From NCBI GenBank assembly GCA_964016885.1, contig OZ024740.1, forward strand, positions 203,112,001 to 203,176,000: 64,000 nt of DNA, in the 5' to 3' direction. This document shows positions 1 to 18,000 of this stretch, piece by piece. The stretch comes from Eledone cirrhosa (taxonomy: Eukaryota). The position numbers and the translations under genes were made by a program. The notes beneath the pieces were generated by a model. That model did not search any database and had not been told where the DNA came from. It saw only the letters and a program-made list of their open reading frames with translations. How positions within the stretch are numbered: position 1 is the first letter of the stretch; each line of letters starts with the position of its first letter.

Positions 1-3000
1 ACACTGGAATTAACAACAACAACAACAATAACATGCATAACAATAACACTGGAATTAACAACAACAACAACAACAATAACATGCATAACAATAACACTGG
101 AATTAACAACAACAACAACAACAACAATAACATGCATAACAATAACACTGGAATTAACAACAACAACAACAATAACATGCATAACAATAACACTGGAATT
201 AACAACAACAACAACAACAATAACATGCATAACAATAACACTGGAATTAACAACAACAACAACAACAATAACATGCATAACAATAACACTGGAATTAACA
301 ACAACAACAACATCAATAACATGCATAACAATAACACTGGAATTAACAACAACAACAACAACAATAACATGCATAACAATAACACTGGAATTAACAACAA
401 CAACAACAACAATAACATGCATAACAATAACACTGGAATTAACAACAACAACAACAACAATAACATGCATAACAATAACACTGGAATTAACAACAACAAC
501 AACAACAATAACATGCATAACAATAACACTGGAATTAACAACAACAATAACAACAATAACATGCATAACAATAACACTGGAATTAACAACAACAACAACA
601 ATAACATGCATAACAATAACACTGGAATTAACAACAACAACAATAACAACAATAACATGCATAACAATAACACTGGAATTAACAACAACAACAACAACAA
701 TAACATGCATAACAATAACACTGGAATTAACAACAACAATAACATGCATAACAATAACACTGGAATTAACAACAACAACAACAATAACATGCATAACAAT
801 AACACTGGAATTAACAACAACAACAATAACAACAATAACATGCATAAAAATAACACTGGAATTAACAACAACAACAACAACAATAACATGCATAACAATA
901 ACACTGGAATTAACAACAACAACAACAACAATAACATGCATAACAATAACACTGGAATTAACAACAACAATAACATGCATAACAATAACACTGGAATTAA
1001 CAACAACAACAATAACAACAATAACATGCATAACAATAACACTGGAATTAACAACAACAACAACAATAATAACATGCATAACAATAACACTGGAATTAAC
1101 AACAACAATAACAACAATAACATGCATAACAATAACACTGGAATTAACAACAACAATAACAACAATAACATGCATAACAATAACACTGGAATTAACAACA
1201 ACAACAATAACAACAATAACATGCATAACAATAACACTGGAATTACCAACAACAACAACAACAACAATAACAATAACACTGGAATTAACAACAACAATAA
1301 CAACAATAACATGCATAACAATAACACTGGAATTAACAACAACAACAACAACAACAATAACAATAACACTGGAATTAACAATAACAACAACAATAACATG
1401 CATAACAATAACACTGGAATTAACAACAACAACAACAATAACAAGCGTAACAATAACACTGGAATTAACAACAACAACAACAACAATAACATGCATAACA
1501 ATAACACTGGAATTAACAACAACAACAACAACAACAATAACATGCATAACAATAACACTGGAATTAACAACAACAACAACAATAACATGCATAACAATAA
1601 CACTGGAATTAACAACAACAACAACAATAACATGCATAACAATAACACTGGAATTTACAACAACAACAACAACAACAATAACATGCATAACAATAACACT
1701 GGAATTAACAACAACAACAACAACAATAAAATGTATAACAATAACACTGGAATTAACAACAACAACAACAATAACATGCATAACAATAACACTGGAATTA
1801 ACAACAACAACAACAATAACATGCATAACAATAACACTGGAATTAACAACAACAACAACAACAATAACATGCATAACAATAACACTGGAATTAACAACAA
1901 CAACAACAACAACAATAACATGCATAACAATAACACTGGAATTAACAACAACAACAACAATAACATGCATAACAATAACACTGGAATTAACAACAACAAC
2001 AACAATAACATGCATAACAATAACACTGGAATTAACAACAACAACAACAACAATAACATGCATAACAATAACACTGGAATTAACAACAACAACAACATCA
2101 ATAACATGCATAACAATAACACTGGAATTAACAACAACAACAACAACAACAATAACATGCATAACAATAACACTGGAATTAACAACAACAACAACAACAA
2201 TAACATGCATAACAATAACACTGGAATTAACAACAACAACAACAACAATAACATGCATAACAGTAACACTGGAATTAACAACAACAACAACAACAATAAC
2301 ATGCATAACAATAACACTGGAATTAACAACAACAACAACAACAATAACATGCATAACAATAACACTGGAATTAACAACAACAACAACAACAATAACATGC
2401 ATAACAATAACACTGGAATTAACAACAACAATAACAACAATAACATGCATAACAATAACACTGGAATTAACAACAACAACAACAATAACATGCATAACAA
2501 TAACACTGGAATTAACAACAACAACAATAACAACAATAACATGCATAACAATAACACTGGAATTAACAACAACAACAACAACAATAACATGCATAACAAT
2601 AACACTGGAATTAACAACAACAACAACAACAATAACATGCATAACAATAACACTGGAATTAACAACAACAATAACATGCATAACAATAACACTGGAATTA
2701 ACAACAACAACAATAACAACAATAACATGCATAACAATAACACTGGAATTAACAACAACAACAATAATAACATGCATAACAATAACACTGGAATTAACAA
2801 CAACAATAACAACAATAACATGCATAACAATAACACTGGAATTAACAACAACAATAACAACAATAACATGCATAACAATAACACTGGAATTAACAACAAC
2901 AACAATAACAACAATAACATGCATAACAATAACACTGGAATTAACAACAACAACAACAACAACAATAACAATAACACTGGAATTAACAACAACAATAACA

Positions 3001-6000
3001 ACAATAACATGCATAACAATAACACTGGAATTAACAACAACAACAACAACAACAATAACATGCATAACAATAACACTGGAATTAACAACAACAATAACAA
3101 CAACAATAACATGCATAACAATAACGCTGGAATTAACAACAACAACAACAACAATAACATGCATAACAATAACACTGGAATTAACAACAACAACAACAAC
3201 AATAACATGCATAACAATAACACTGGAATTAACAACAACAACAATAACAACAATAACATGCATAACAATAACACTGGAATTAACAACAACAACAACAACA
3301 ATAACATGCATAACAATAACACTGGAATTAACAACAACAAAACAACAACAATAACATGCATAACAATAACACTGGAATTAACAACAACAACAATAACAAC
3401 AATAACATGCATAACAATAACACTGGAATTAACAACAACAACAATAATAATAACATGCATAACAATAACACTGGAATTAACAACAACAATAACAACAATA
3501 ACATGCATAACAATAACACTGGAATTAACAACAACAACAACAATAACATGCATAACAATAACACTGGAATTAACAACAACAACAATAACAACAATAACAT
3601 GCATAAAAATAACACTGGAATTAACAACAACAACAACAACAATAACATGCATAACAATAAAACTGGAATTAACAACAACAACAACAACAATAACATGCAT
3701 AACAATAACACTGGAATTAACAACAACAATAACAACAATAACATGCATAACAATAACACTGGAATTAACAACAACAATAACAACAATAACATGCATAACA
3801 ATAACACTGGAATTAACAACAACAACAATAACAACAATAACATGCATAACAATAACACTGGAATTACCAACAACAACAACAACAACAATAACAATAACAC
3901 TGGAATTAACAACAACAATAACAACAATAACATGCATAACAATAACACTGGAATTAACAACAACAACAACAACAACAATAACAATAACACTGGAATTAAC
4001 AATAACAACAACAATAACATGCATAACAATAACACTGGAATTAACAACAACAACAACAATAACAAGCGTAACAATAACACTGGAATTAACAACAACAATA
4101 ACAATAACATGCATAACAATAACACTGGAATTAACAACAACAATAACAACAACAATAACATGCATAACAATAACACTGGAATTAACAACAACAATAACAA
4201 CAACAATAACATGCATAACAATAACATGCATAACAATAACACTGGAATTAACAACAACAACAACAACAATAACATGCATAACAATAACACTGGAATTAAC
4301 AACAACAACAACAACAATAACATGCATAACAATAACACTGGAATTAACAACAACAACAATAACATGCATAACAATAACACTGGAATTAACAACAACAACA
4401 ACAACAATAACATGCATAACAATAACACTGGAATTAACAACAACAATAACAACAACAATAACATGCATAACAATAACACTGGAATTAACAACAACAACAA
4501 CAACAATAACATGCATAACAATAACACTGGAATTAACAACAACAACAACAACAACAATGACATGCATAACAATAACACTGGAATTAACAACAACAACAAC
4601 AAAAACATGCATAACAATAACACTGGAATTAACAACAACAACAATAACAACAATAACATGCATAACAATAACACTGGAATTAACAACAACAATAACAATA
4701 ACATGCATAACAATAACACTGGAATTAACAACAACAACAACAATAACATGCATAACAATAACACTGGAATTAACAACAACAACAACAATAACAACATGCA
4801 TAACAATAACACTGGAATTAACAACAACAATAACAATAACATGCATAACAATAACACTGGAATTAACAACAACAATAACAACAATAACATGCATAACAAT
4901 AACACTGGAATTAACAACAACAACAACAATAACAATAACATGCATAACAATAACACTGAAATTAACAACAATAACAACAACAACAATAACATGCATAACA
5001 ATAACACTGGAATTAACAACAACAACAACAACAATAACATGTATAACAATAACACTGGAATTAACAACAACAACAACAACAACAACAATAACATGCATAA
5101 CAATAACACTGGAATTAACAACAACAACAACAATAACATGCATAACAATAACACTGGAATTAACAACAACAACAACAATAACATGCATAACAATAACACT
5201 GGAATTAACAATAACAACAACAATAACATGCATAACAATAACACTGGAATTAACAACAACAACAACAATAACATGCATAACAATAACACTGGAATTAACA
5301 ATAACAACAACAATAACATGCATAACAATAACACTGGAATTAACAACAACAACAACAATAACAAGCGTAACAATAACACTGGAATTAACAACAACAACAA
5401 CAACAATAACATGCATAACAATAACACTGGAATTAACAACAACAACAACAACAACAATAACATGCATAACAATAACACTGGAATTAACAACAACAACAAC
5501 AATAACATGCATAACAATAACACTGGAATTAACAACAACAACAACAATAACATGCATAACAATAACACTGGAATTAACAACAACAACAACAACAACAATA
5601 ACATGCATAACAATAACACTGGAATTAACAACAACAACAACAACAATAAAATGCATAACAATAACACTGGAATTAACAACAACAACAACAATAACATGCA
5701 TAACAATAACACTGGAATTAACAACAACAACAACAATAACATGCATAACAATAACACTGGAATTAACAACAACAACAACAACAATAACATGCATAACAAT
5801 AACACTGGAATTAACAACAACAACAACAACAACAATAACATGCATAACAATAACACTGGAATTAACAACAACAACAACAATAACATGCATAACAATAACA
5901 CTGGAATTAACAACAACAACAACAACAATAACATGCATAAAAATAACACTGGAATTAACAACAACAACAACAACAATAACATGCATAACAATAACACTGG

Positions 6001-9000
6001 AATTAACAACAACAACAACGTCAATAACATGCATAACAATAACACTGGAATTAACAACAACAACAACAACAACAATAACATGCATAACAATAACACTGGA
6101 ATTAACAACAACAACAACAGCAATAACATGCATAACAATAACACTGGAATTAACAACAACAACAACAACAATAACATGCATAACAATAACACTGGAATTA
6201 ACAACAACAACAACAACAATAACATGCATAACAATAACACTGGAATTAACAACAACAATAACAACAATAACATGCATAACAATAACACTGGAATTAACAA
6301 CAACAACAACAATAACATGCATAACAATAACACTGGAATTAACAACAACAACAATAACAACAATAACATGCATAACAATAACACTGGAATTAACAACAAC
6401 AACAACAACAATAACATGCATAACAATAACACTGGAATTAACAACAACAACAACAACAATAACATGCATAACAATAACACTGGAATTAACAACAACAATA
6501 ACATGCATAACAATAACACTGGAATTAACAACAACAACAACAATAACATGCATAACAATAACACTGGAATTAACAACAACAACAATAACAACAATAACAT
6601 GCATAAAAATAACACTGGAATTAACAACAACAACAACAACAATAACATGCATAACAATAACACTGGAATTAACAACAACAACAACAACAATAACATGCAT
6701 AACAATAACACTGGAATTAACAACAACAATAACATGCATAACAATAACACTGGAATTAACAACAACAACAATAACAACAATAACATGCATAACAATAACA
6801 CTGGAATTAACAACAACAACAACAATAATAACATGCATAACAATAACACTGGAATTAACAACAACAATAACAACAATAACATGCATAACAATAACACTGG
6901 AATTAACAACAACAATAACAACAATAACATGCATAACAATAACACTGGAATTAACAACAACAACAATGACAACAATAACATGCATAACAATAACACTGGA
7001 ATTACCAACAACAACAACAACAACAATAACAATAACACTGGAATTAACAACAACAATAACAACAATAACATGCATAACAATAACACTGGAATTAACAACA
7101 ACAACAACAACAACAATAACAATAACACTGGAATTAACAATAACAACAACAATAACATGCATAACAATAACACTGGAATTAACAACAACAACAACAATAA
7201 CAAGCGTAACAATAACACTGGAATTAACAACAACAACAACAACAATAACATGCATAACAATAACACTGGAATTAACAACAACAACAACAACAATAACATG
7301 CATAACAATAACACTGGAATTAACAACAACAACAACAATAACATGCATAACAATAACACTGGAATTAACAACAACAACAACAATAACATGCATAACAATA
7401 ACACTGGAATTTACAACAACAACAACAACAACAATAACATGCATAACAATAACACTGGAATTAACAACAACAACAACAACAATAAAATGCATAACAATAA
7501 CACTGGTATTAACAACAACAACAACAATAACATGCATAACAATAACACTGGAATTAACAACAACAACAACAATAACATGCATAACAATAACACTGGAATT
7601 AACAACAACAACAACAACAATAACATGCATAACAATAACACTGGAATTAACAACAACAACAACAACAACAATAACATGCATAACAATAACACTGGAATTA
7701 ACAACAACAACAACAATAACATGCATAACAATAACACTGGAATTAACAACAACAACAACAACAATAACATGCATAACAATAACACTGGAATTAACAACAA
7801 CAACAACAACAATAACATGCATAACAATAACACTGGAATTAACAACAACAACAACATCAATAACATGCATAACAATAACACTGGAATTAACAACAACAAC
7901 AACAACAACAATAACATGCATAACAATAACACTGGAATTAACAACAACAACAACAACAATAACATGCATAACAATAACACTGGAATTAACAACAACAACA
8001 ACAACAATAACATGCATAACAATAACACTGGAATTAACAACAACAACAACAACAATAACATGCATAACAATAACACTGGAATTAACAACAACAACAACAA
8101 CAATAACATGCATAACAATAACACTGGAATTAACAACAACAACAACAACAATAACATGCATAACAATAACACTGGAATTAACAACAACAATAACAACAAT
8201 AACATGCATAACAATAACACTGGAATTAACAACAACAACAACAATAACATGCATAACAATAACACTGGAATTAACAACAACAACAATAACAACAATAACA
8301 TGCATAACAATAACACTGGAATTAACAACAACAACAACAACAATAACATGCATAACAATAACACTGGAATTAACAACAACAACAACAACAATAACATGCA
8401 TAACAATAACACTGGAATTAACAACAACAATAACATGCATAACAATAACACTGGAATTAACAACAACAACAATAACAACAATAACATGCATAACAATAAC
8501 ACTGGAATTAACAACAACAACAATAATAACATGCATAACAATAACACTGGAATTAACAACAACAATAACAACAATAACATGCATAACAATAACACTGGAA
8601 TTAACAACAACAATAACAACAATAACATGCATAACAATAACACTGGAATTAACAACAACAACAATAACAACAATAACATGCATAACAATAACACTGGAAT
8701 TAACAACAACAACAACAACAACAATAACAATAACACTGGAATTAACAACAACAATAACAACAATAACATGCATAACAATAACACTGGAATTAACAACAAC
8801 AACAACAACAACAATAACATGCATAACAATAACACTGGAATTAACAACAACAATAACAACAACAATAACATGCATAACAATAACGCTGGAATTAACAACA
8901 ACAACAACAACAATAACATGCATAACAATAACACTGGAATTAACAACAACAACAACAATAACATGCATAACAATAACACTGGAATTAACAACAACAACAA

Positions 9001-12000
9001 TAACAACAATAACATGCATAACAATAACACTGGAATTAACAACAACAACAACAACAATAACATGCATAACAATAACACTGGAATTAACAACAACAAAACA
9101 ACAACAATAACATGCATAACAATAACACTGGAATTAACAACAACAATAACATGCATAACAATAACACTGGAATTAACAACAACAACAATAACAACAATAA
9201 CATGCATAACAATAACACTGGAATTAACAACAACAACAATAATAATAACATGCATAACAATAACACTGGAATTAACAACAACAATAACAACAATAACATG
9301 CATAACAATAACACTGGAATTAACAACAACAACAACAATAACATGCATAACAATAACACTGGAATTAACAACAACAACAATAACAACAATAACATGCATA
9401 AAAATAACACTGGAATTAACAACAACAACAACAACAATAACATGCATAACAATAACACTGGAATTAACAACAACAACAACAACAATAACATGCATAACAA
9501 TAACACTGGAATTAACAACAACAATAACATTCATAACAATAACACTGGAATTAACAACAACAACAATAACAACAATAACATGCATAACAATAACACTGGA
9601 ATTAACAACAACAACAACAATAATAACATGCATAACAATAACACTGGAATTAACAACAACAATAACAACAATAACATGCATAACAATAACACTGGAATTA
9701 ACAACAACAATAACAACAATAACATGCATAACAATAACACTGGAATTAACAACAACAACAATAACAACAATAACATGCATAACAATAACACTGGAATTAC
9801 CAACAACAACAACAACAACAATAACAATAACACTGGAATTAACAACAACAATAACAACAATAACATGCATAACAATAACACTGGAATTAACAACAACAAC
9901 AACAACAACAATAACAATAACACTGGAATTAACAATAACAACAACAATAACATGCATAACAATAACACTGGAATTAACAACAACAACAACAATAACAAGC
10001 GTAACAATAACACTGGAATTAACAACAACAACAACAACAATAACATGCATAACAATAACACTGGAATTAACAACAACAACAACAACAACAATAACATGCA
10101 TAACAATAACACTGGAATTAACAACAACAACAACAATAACATGCATAACAATAACACTGGAATTAACAACAACAACAACAATAACATGCATAACAATAAC
10201 ACTGGAATTTACAACAACAACAACAACAACAATAACATGCATAACAATAACACTGGAATTAACAACAACAACAACAACAATAAAATGCATAACAATAACA
10301 CTGGAATTAACAACAACAACAACAATAACATGCATAACAATAACACTGGAATTAACAACAACAACAACAATAACATGCATAACAATAACACTGGAATTAA
10401 CAACAACAACAACAACAATAACATGCATAACAATAACACTGGAATTAACAACAACAACAACAACAAAAATAACATGCATAACAATAACACTGGAATTAAC
10501 AACAACAACAACAATAACATGCATAACAATAACACTGGAATTAACAACAACAACAACAACAATAACATGCATAACAATAACACTGGAATTAACAACAACA
10601 ACAACAACAATAACATGCATAACAATAACACTGGAATTAACAACAACAACAACATCAATAACATGCATAACAGTAACACTGGAATTAACAACAACAACAA
10701 CAACAACAATAACATGCATAACAATAACACTGGAATTAACAACAACAACAACAACAATAACATGCATAACAATAACACTGGAATTAACAACAACAACAAC
10801 AACAATAACATGCATAACAATAACACTGGAATTAACAACAACAACAACAACAATAACATGCATAACAATAACACTGGAATTAACAACAACAACAACAACA
10901 ATAACATGCATAACAATAACACTGGAATTAACAACAACAACAACAACAATAACATGCATAACAATAACACTGGAATTAACAACAATAACAACAATAACAT
11001 GCATAACAATAACACAGGAATTAACAACAACAACAACAATAACATGCATAACAATAACACTGGAATTAACAACAACAACAATAACAACAATAAATGCATA
11101 ACAATAACACTGGAATTAACAACAACAACAACAACAATAACATGCATAACAATAACACTGGAATTAACAACAACAACAACAACAATAACATGCATAACAA
11201 TAACACTGGAATTAACAACAACAATAACATGCATAACAATAACACTGGAATTAACAACAACAACAATAACAACAATAACATGCATAACAATAACACTGGA
11301 ATTAACAACAACAACAACAATAATAACATGCATAACAATAACACTGGAATTAACAACAACAATAACAACAATAACATGCATAACAATAACACTGGAATTA
11401 ACAACAACAATAACAACAATAACCTGCATAACAATAACACTGGAATTAACAACAACAACAATAACAACAATAACATGCATAACAATAACACTGGAATTAA
11501 CAACAACAACAACAACAACAATAACAATAACACTGGAATTAACAACAACAATAACAACAATAACATGCATAACAATAACACTGGAATTAACAACAACAAC
11601 AACAACAACAATAACATGCATAACAATAACACTGGAATTAACAACAACAATAACAACAACAATAACATGCATAACAATAACGCTGGAATTAACAACAACA
11701 ACAACAACAATAACATGCATAACAATAACACTGGAATTAACAACAACAACAACAATAACATGCATAACAATAACACTGGAATTAACAACAACAACAATAA
11801 CAACAATAACATGCATAACAATAACACTGGAATTAACAACAACAACAACAACAATAACATGCATAACAATAACACTGGAATTAACAACAACAAAACAACA
11901 ACAATAACATGCATAACAATAACACTGGAATTAACAACAACAATAACATGCATAACAATAACACTGGAATTAACAACAACAACAATAACAACAATAACAT

Positions 12001-15000
12001 GCATAACAATAACACTGGAATTAACAACAACAACAATAATAATAACATGCATAACAATAACACTGGAATTAACAACAACAATAACAACAATAACATGCAT
12101 AACAATAACACTGGAATTAACAACAACAATAACAACAATAACATGCATAACAATAACACTGGAATTAACAACAACAACAATAACAACAATAACATGCATA
12201 ACAATAACACTGGAATTAACAACAACAGCAACAACAACAATAACAGTAACACTGGAATTAACAACAACAATAACAACAATAACATGCATAACAATAACAC
12301 TGGAATTAACAACAACAACAACAACAACAATAACATACATAACAATAACACTGGAATTAACAACAACAATAACAACAACAATAACATGCATAACAATAAC
12401 ACTGGAATTAACAACAACAACAACAACAATAACATGCATAACAATAACACTGGAATTAACAACAACAACAACAACAATAACATGCATAACAATAACACTG
12501 GAATTAACAACAACAACAACAACAACAACAATAACATGCATAACAATAACACTAGAATTAACAACAACAACAACAACAATAGCATGCATAACAATAACAC
12601 TGGAATTAACAACAACAACAACAATAACAATAACACGCATAACAATAACACTGGAATTAACAACAACAATAACAACAATAACATGCATAACAATAACACT
12701 GGAATTAACAACAACAACAACAACAATAACATGCATAACAATAACACTGGAATTAACAACAACAATAACAACAATAACATGCATAACATAACACTGGAAT
12801 TAACAACAACAACAATAACAACAATAACATGCATAACAATAACACTGGAATTAACAACAACAACAACAATAATAACATGCATAACAATAACACTGGAATT
12901 AACAACAACAATAACAACAATAACATGCATAACAATAACACTGGAATTAACAACAACAACAACAACAATAACATGCATAACAATAACACTGGAATTAACA
13001 ACAACAACAACAACAATAACATGCATAACAATAACACTGGAATTAACAACAACAGCAACAATAACAATAACATGCATAACAATAACAGTTGAATTAACAA
13101 CAACAATAACAACAATAACATGCATAACAATAACACTGGAATTAACAACAACAACAACAACAATAACATGCATAACAATAACACTGGAATTAACAACAAA
13201 AACAACAACAACAATAACATGCATAACAATAACACTGGAATTAACAACAACAATAACAACAATAACATGCATAACAATAACACTGGAATTAACAACAACA
13301 ATAACAATAACATGCATAACAATAACACTGGAATTAACAACAACAATAACATGCATAACAATAACACTGGAATTAACAACAACAATAACATGCATAACAA
13401 TAACACTGGAATTAACAACAACAACAACAACAACAATAACATGCATAACAATAACACTGGAATTAACAACAACAACAACAACAATAACATGCATAACAAT
13501 AACACTGGAATTAACAACAACAACAATGACATGCATAACAATAACACTGGAATTAACAACAACAACAACAACAATAACATGCATAACAATAACACTGGAA
13601 TTAACAACAACAATAACAACAACAATAACATGCATAACAATAACACTGGAATTAACAACAACAACAACAACAATAACATGCATAACAATAACACTGGAAT
13701 TAACAACAACAACAACAACAACAATGACATGCATAACAATAACACTGGAATTAACAACAACAACAACAACAACATGCATAACAATAACACTGGAATTAAC
13801 AACAACAACAATAACAACAATAACATGCATAACAATAACACTGGAATTAACAACAACAATAACAATAACATGCATAACAATAACACTGGAATTAACAACA
13901 ACAACAACAATAACATGCATAACAATAACACTGGAATTAACAACAACAACAACAATAACAACATGCATAAAAATAACACTGGAATTAACAACAACAATAA
14001 CAATAACATGCATAACAATAACACTGGAATTAACAACAACAATAACAACAATAACATGCATAACAATAACACTGGAATTAACAACAACAACAACAATAAC
14101 AATAACATGCATAACAATAACACTGAAATTAACAACAATAACAACAACAACAATAACATGCATAACAATAACACTGGAATTAACAACAACAACAACAATA
14201 ACATGCATAACAATAACACTGGAATTAACAACAACAACAACAATAACATGCATAACAATAACACTGGAATTAACAATAACAACAACAATAACATGCATAA
14301 AAATAACACTGGAATTAACAACAACAACAACAATAACACTGGAATTAACAATAACAACAACAATAACATGCATAACAATAACACTGGAATTAACAACAAC
14401 AACAACAATAACAAGCATAACAATAACACTGGAATTAACAACAACAACAACAACAACAATAACATGCATAACAATAACACTGGAATTAACAACAACAACA
14501 ACAACAACAATAACATGCATAACAATAACACTGGAATTAACAACAACAACAACAATAACATGCATAACAATAACACTGGAATTAACAACAACAACAACAA
14601 TAACATGCATAACAATAACACTGGAATTAACAACAACAACAACAACAACAATAACATGCATAACAATAACACTGGAATTAACAACAACAACAACAACAAT
14701 AAAATGCATAACAATAACACTGGAATTAACAACAACAACAACAATAACATGCATAACAATAACACTGGAATTAACAACAACAACAATAACATGCATAACA
14801 ATAAAACTGGAATTAACAACAACAACAACAACAATAACATGCATAACAATAACACTGGAATTAACAACAACAACAACAACAACAATAACATGCATAACAA
14901 TAACACTGGAATTAACAACAACAACAACAATAACATGCATAACAATAAAACTGGAATTAACAACAACAACAACAACAATAACATGCATAACAATAACACT

Positions 15001-18000
15001 GGAATTAACAACAACAACAACAACAACAATAACATGCATAACAATAACACTGGAATTAACAACAACAACAACAATAACATGCATAACAATAACACTGGAA
15101 TTAACAACAACAACAATAACAACAATAACATGCATAACAATAACACTGGAATTAACAACAACAACAATAACATGCATAACAATAACACTGGAATTAACAA
15201 CAACAAAAACAACAATAACATGCATAACAATAACACTGGAATTAACAACAACAATAACATGCATAACAATAACACTGGAATTAACAACAACAACAATAAC
15301 AACAATAACATGCATAACAATAACACTGGAATTAACAACAACAACAACAATAATAACATGCATAACAATAACACTGGAATTAACAACAACAATAACAACA
15401 ATAACATGCATAACAATAACACTGGAATTAACAACAACAATAACAACAATAACATGCATAACAATAACACTGGAATTAACAACAACAACAATAACAACAA
15501 TAACATGCATAACAATAACACTGGAATTAACAACAACAACAACAACAACAATAACAATAACACTGGAATTAACAACAACAATAACAACAATAACATGCAT
15601 AACAATAACACTGGAATTAACAACAACAACAACAATAACATGCATAACAATAACACTGGAATTAACAACAACAATAACAACAACAATAACATGCATAACA
15701 ATAACACTGGAATTAACAACAACAACAACAACAATAACATGCATAACAATAACACTGGAATTAACAACAACAATAACAACAATAACATGCATAACAATAA
15801 CACTGGAATTAACAACAACAACAACAATAACAATAACATGCATAACAATAACACTGGAATTAACAACAACAACAACAACAACAATAACAAGCATAACAAT
15901 AACACTGGAATTAACAACAACAACAACAACAATAACATGCATAACAATAACACTGGAATTAACAACAACAACAACAACAACAATAACATGCATAACAATA
16001 ACACTAGAATTAACAACAACAACAACAATAGCATGCATAACAATAACACTGGAATTAACAACAACAACAACAATAACAATAACATGCATAACAATAACAC
16101 TGGAATTAACAACAACAATAACAACAATAACATGCATAACAATAACACTGGAATTAACAACAACAACAACAACAATAACATGCATAACAATAACACTGGA
16201 ATTAACAACAACAATAACAACAATAACATGCATAACAATAACACTGGAATTAACAACAACAACAATAACAACAATAACATGCATAACAATAACACTGGAA
16301 TTAACAACAACAACAACAATAATAACATGCATAACAATAACACTGGAATTAACAACAACAATAACAACAATAACATGCATAACAATAACACTGGAATTAA
16401 CAACAACAACAACAACAATAACATGCATAACAATAACACTGGAATTAACAACAACAACAACAATAACATGCATAACAATAACACTGGAATTAACAATAAC
16501 AACAACAATAACATGCATAACAATAACACTGGAATTAACAACAACAACAACAATAACATGCATAACAATAACACTGGAATTACCAATAACAACAACAATA
16601 ACATGCATAACAATAACACTGGAATTAACAACAAAAACAACAACAACAATAACATGCATAACAATAACACTGGAAGTAACAACAACAATAACAACAATAA
16701 CATGCATAACAATAACAGTGGAATTAACAACAACAACAACAACAATAACATGCATAACAATAACACTGGAATTAACAACAACAATAACAATAACATGCAT
16801 AACAATAACACTGGAATTAACAACAACAATAACAACAACAATAACATGCATAACAATAACACTGGAATTAACAACAACAATAACAACAACAATAACATGC
16901 ATAACAATAACACTGGAATTAACAACAACAACAACAACAATAACATGCATAACAATAACACTGGAATTAACAACAACAACAACAACAATAACATGCATAA
17001 CAATAACACTGGAATTAACAACAACAACAATAACATGCGTAACAATAACACTGGAATTAACAACAACAACAATAACATGCATAACAATAACACTGGAATT
17101 AACAACAACAATAACAACAACAATAACATGCATAACAATAACACTGGAATTAACAACAACAACAACAACAATAACATGCATAACAATAACACTGGAATTA
17201 ACAACAACAACAACAACAACAATGACATGCATAACAATAACACTGGAATTAACAACAACAACAACAACAACAACATGCATAACAATAACACTGGAATTAA
17301 CAACAACAACAATAACAACAATAACATGCATAACAATAACACTGGAATTAACAACAACAATAACAATAACATGCATAACAATAACACTGGAATTAACAAC
17401 AACAACAACAATAACATGCATAACAATAACACTGGAATTAACAACAACAACAACAATAACAACATGCATAACAATAACACTGGAATTAACAACAACAATA
17501 ACAATAACATGCATAACAATAACACTGGAATTAACAACAACAATAACAACAATAACATGCATAACAATAACACTGGAATTAACAACAACAACAACAATAA
17601 CAATAACATGCATAACAATAACACTGAAATTAACAACAACAACAACAACAACAATAACATGCATAACAATAACACTGGAATTAACAACAACAACAACAAT
17701 AACATGTATAACAATAACACTGGAATTAACAACAACAACAACAACAACAATAACATGCATAACAATAACACTGGAATTAACAACAACAACAACAATAACA
17801 TGCATAACAATAACACTGGAATTAACAACAACAACAACAATAACATGCATAACAATAACACTGGAATTAACAATAACAACAACAATAACATGCATAACAA
17901 TAACACTGGAATTAACAACAACAACAACAATAACATGCATAACAATAACACTGGAATTAACAATAACAACAACAATAACATGCATAACAATAACACTGGA

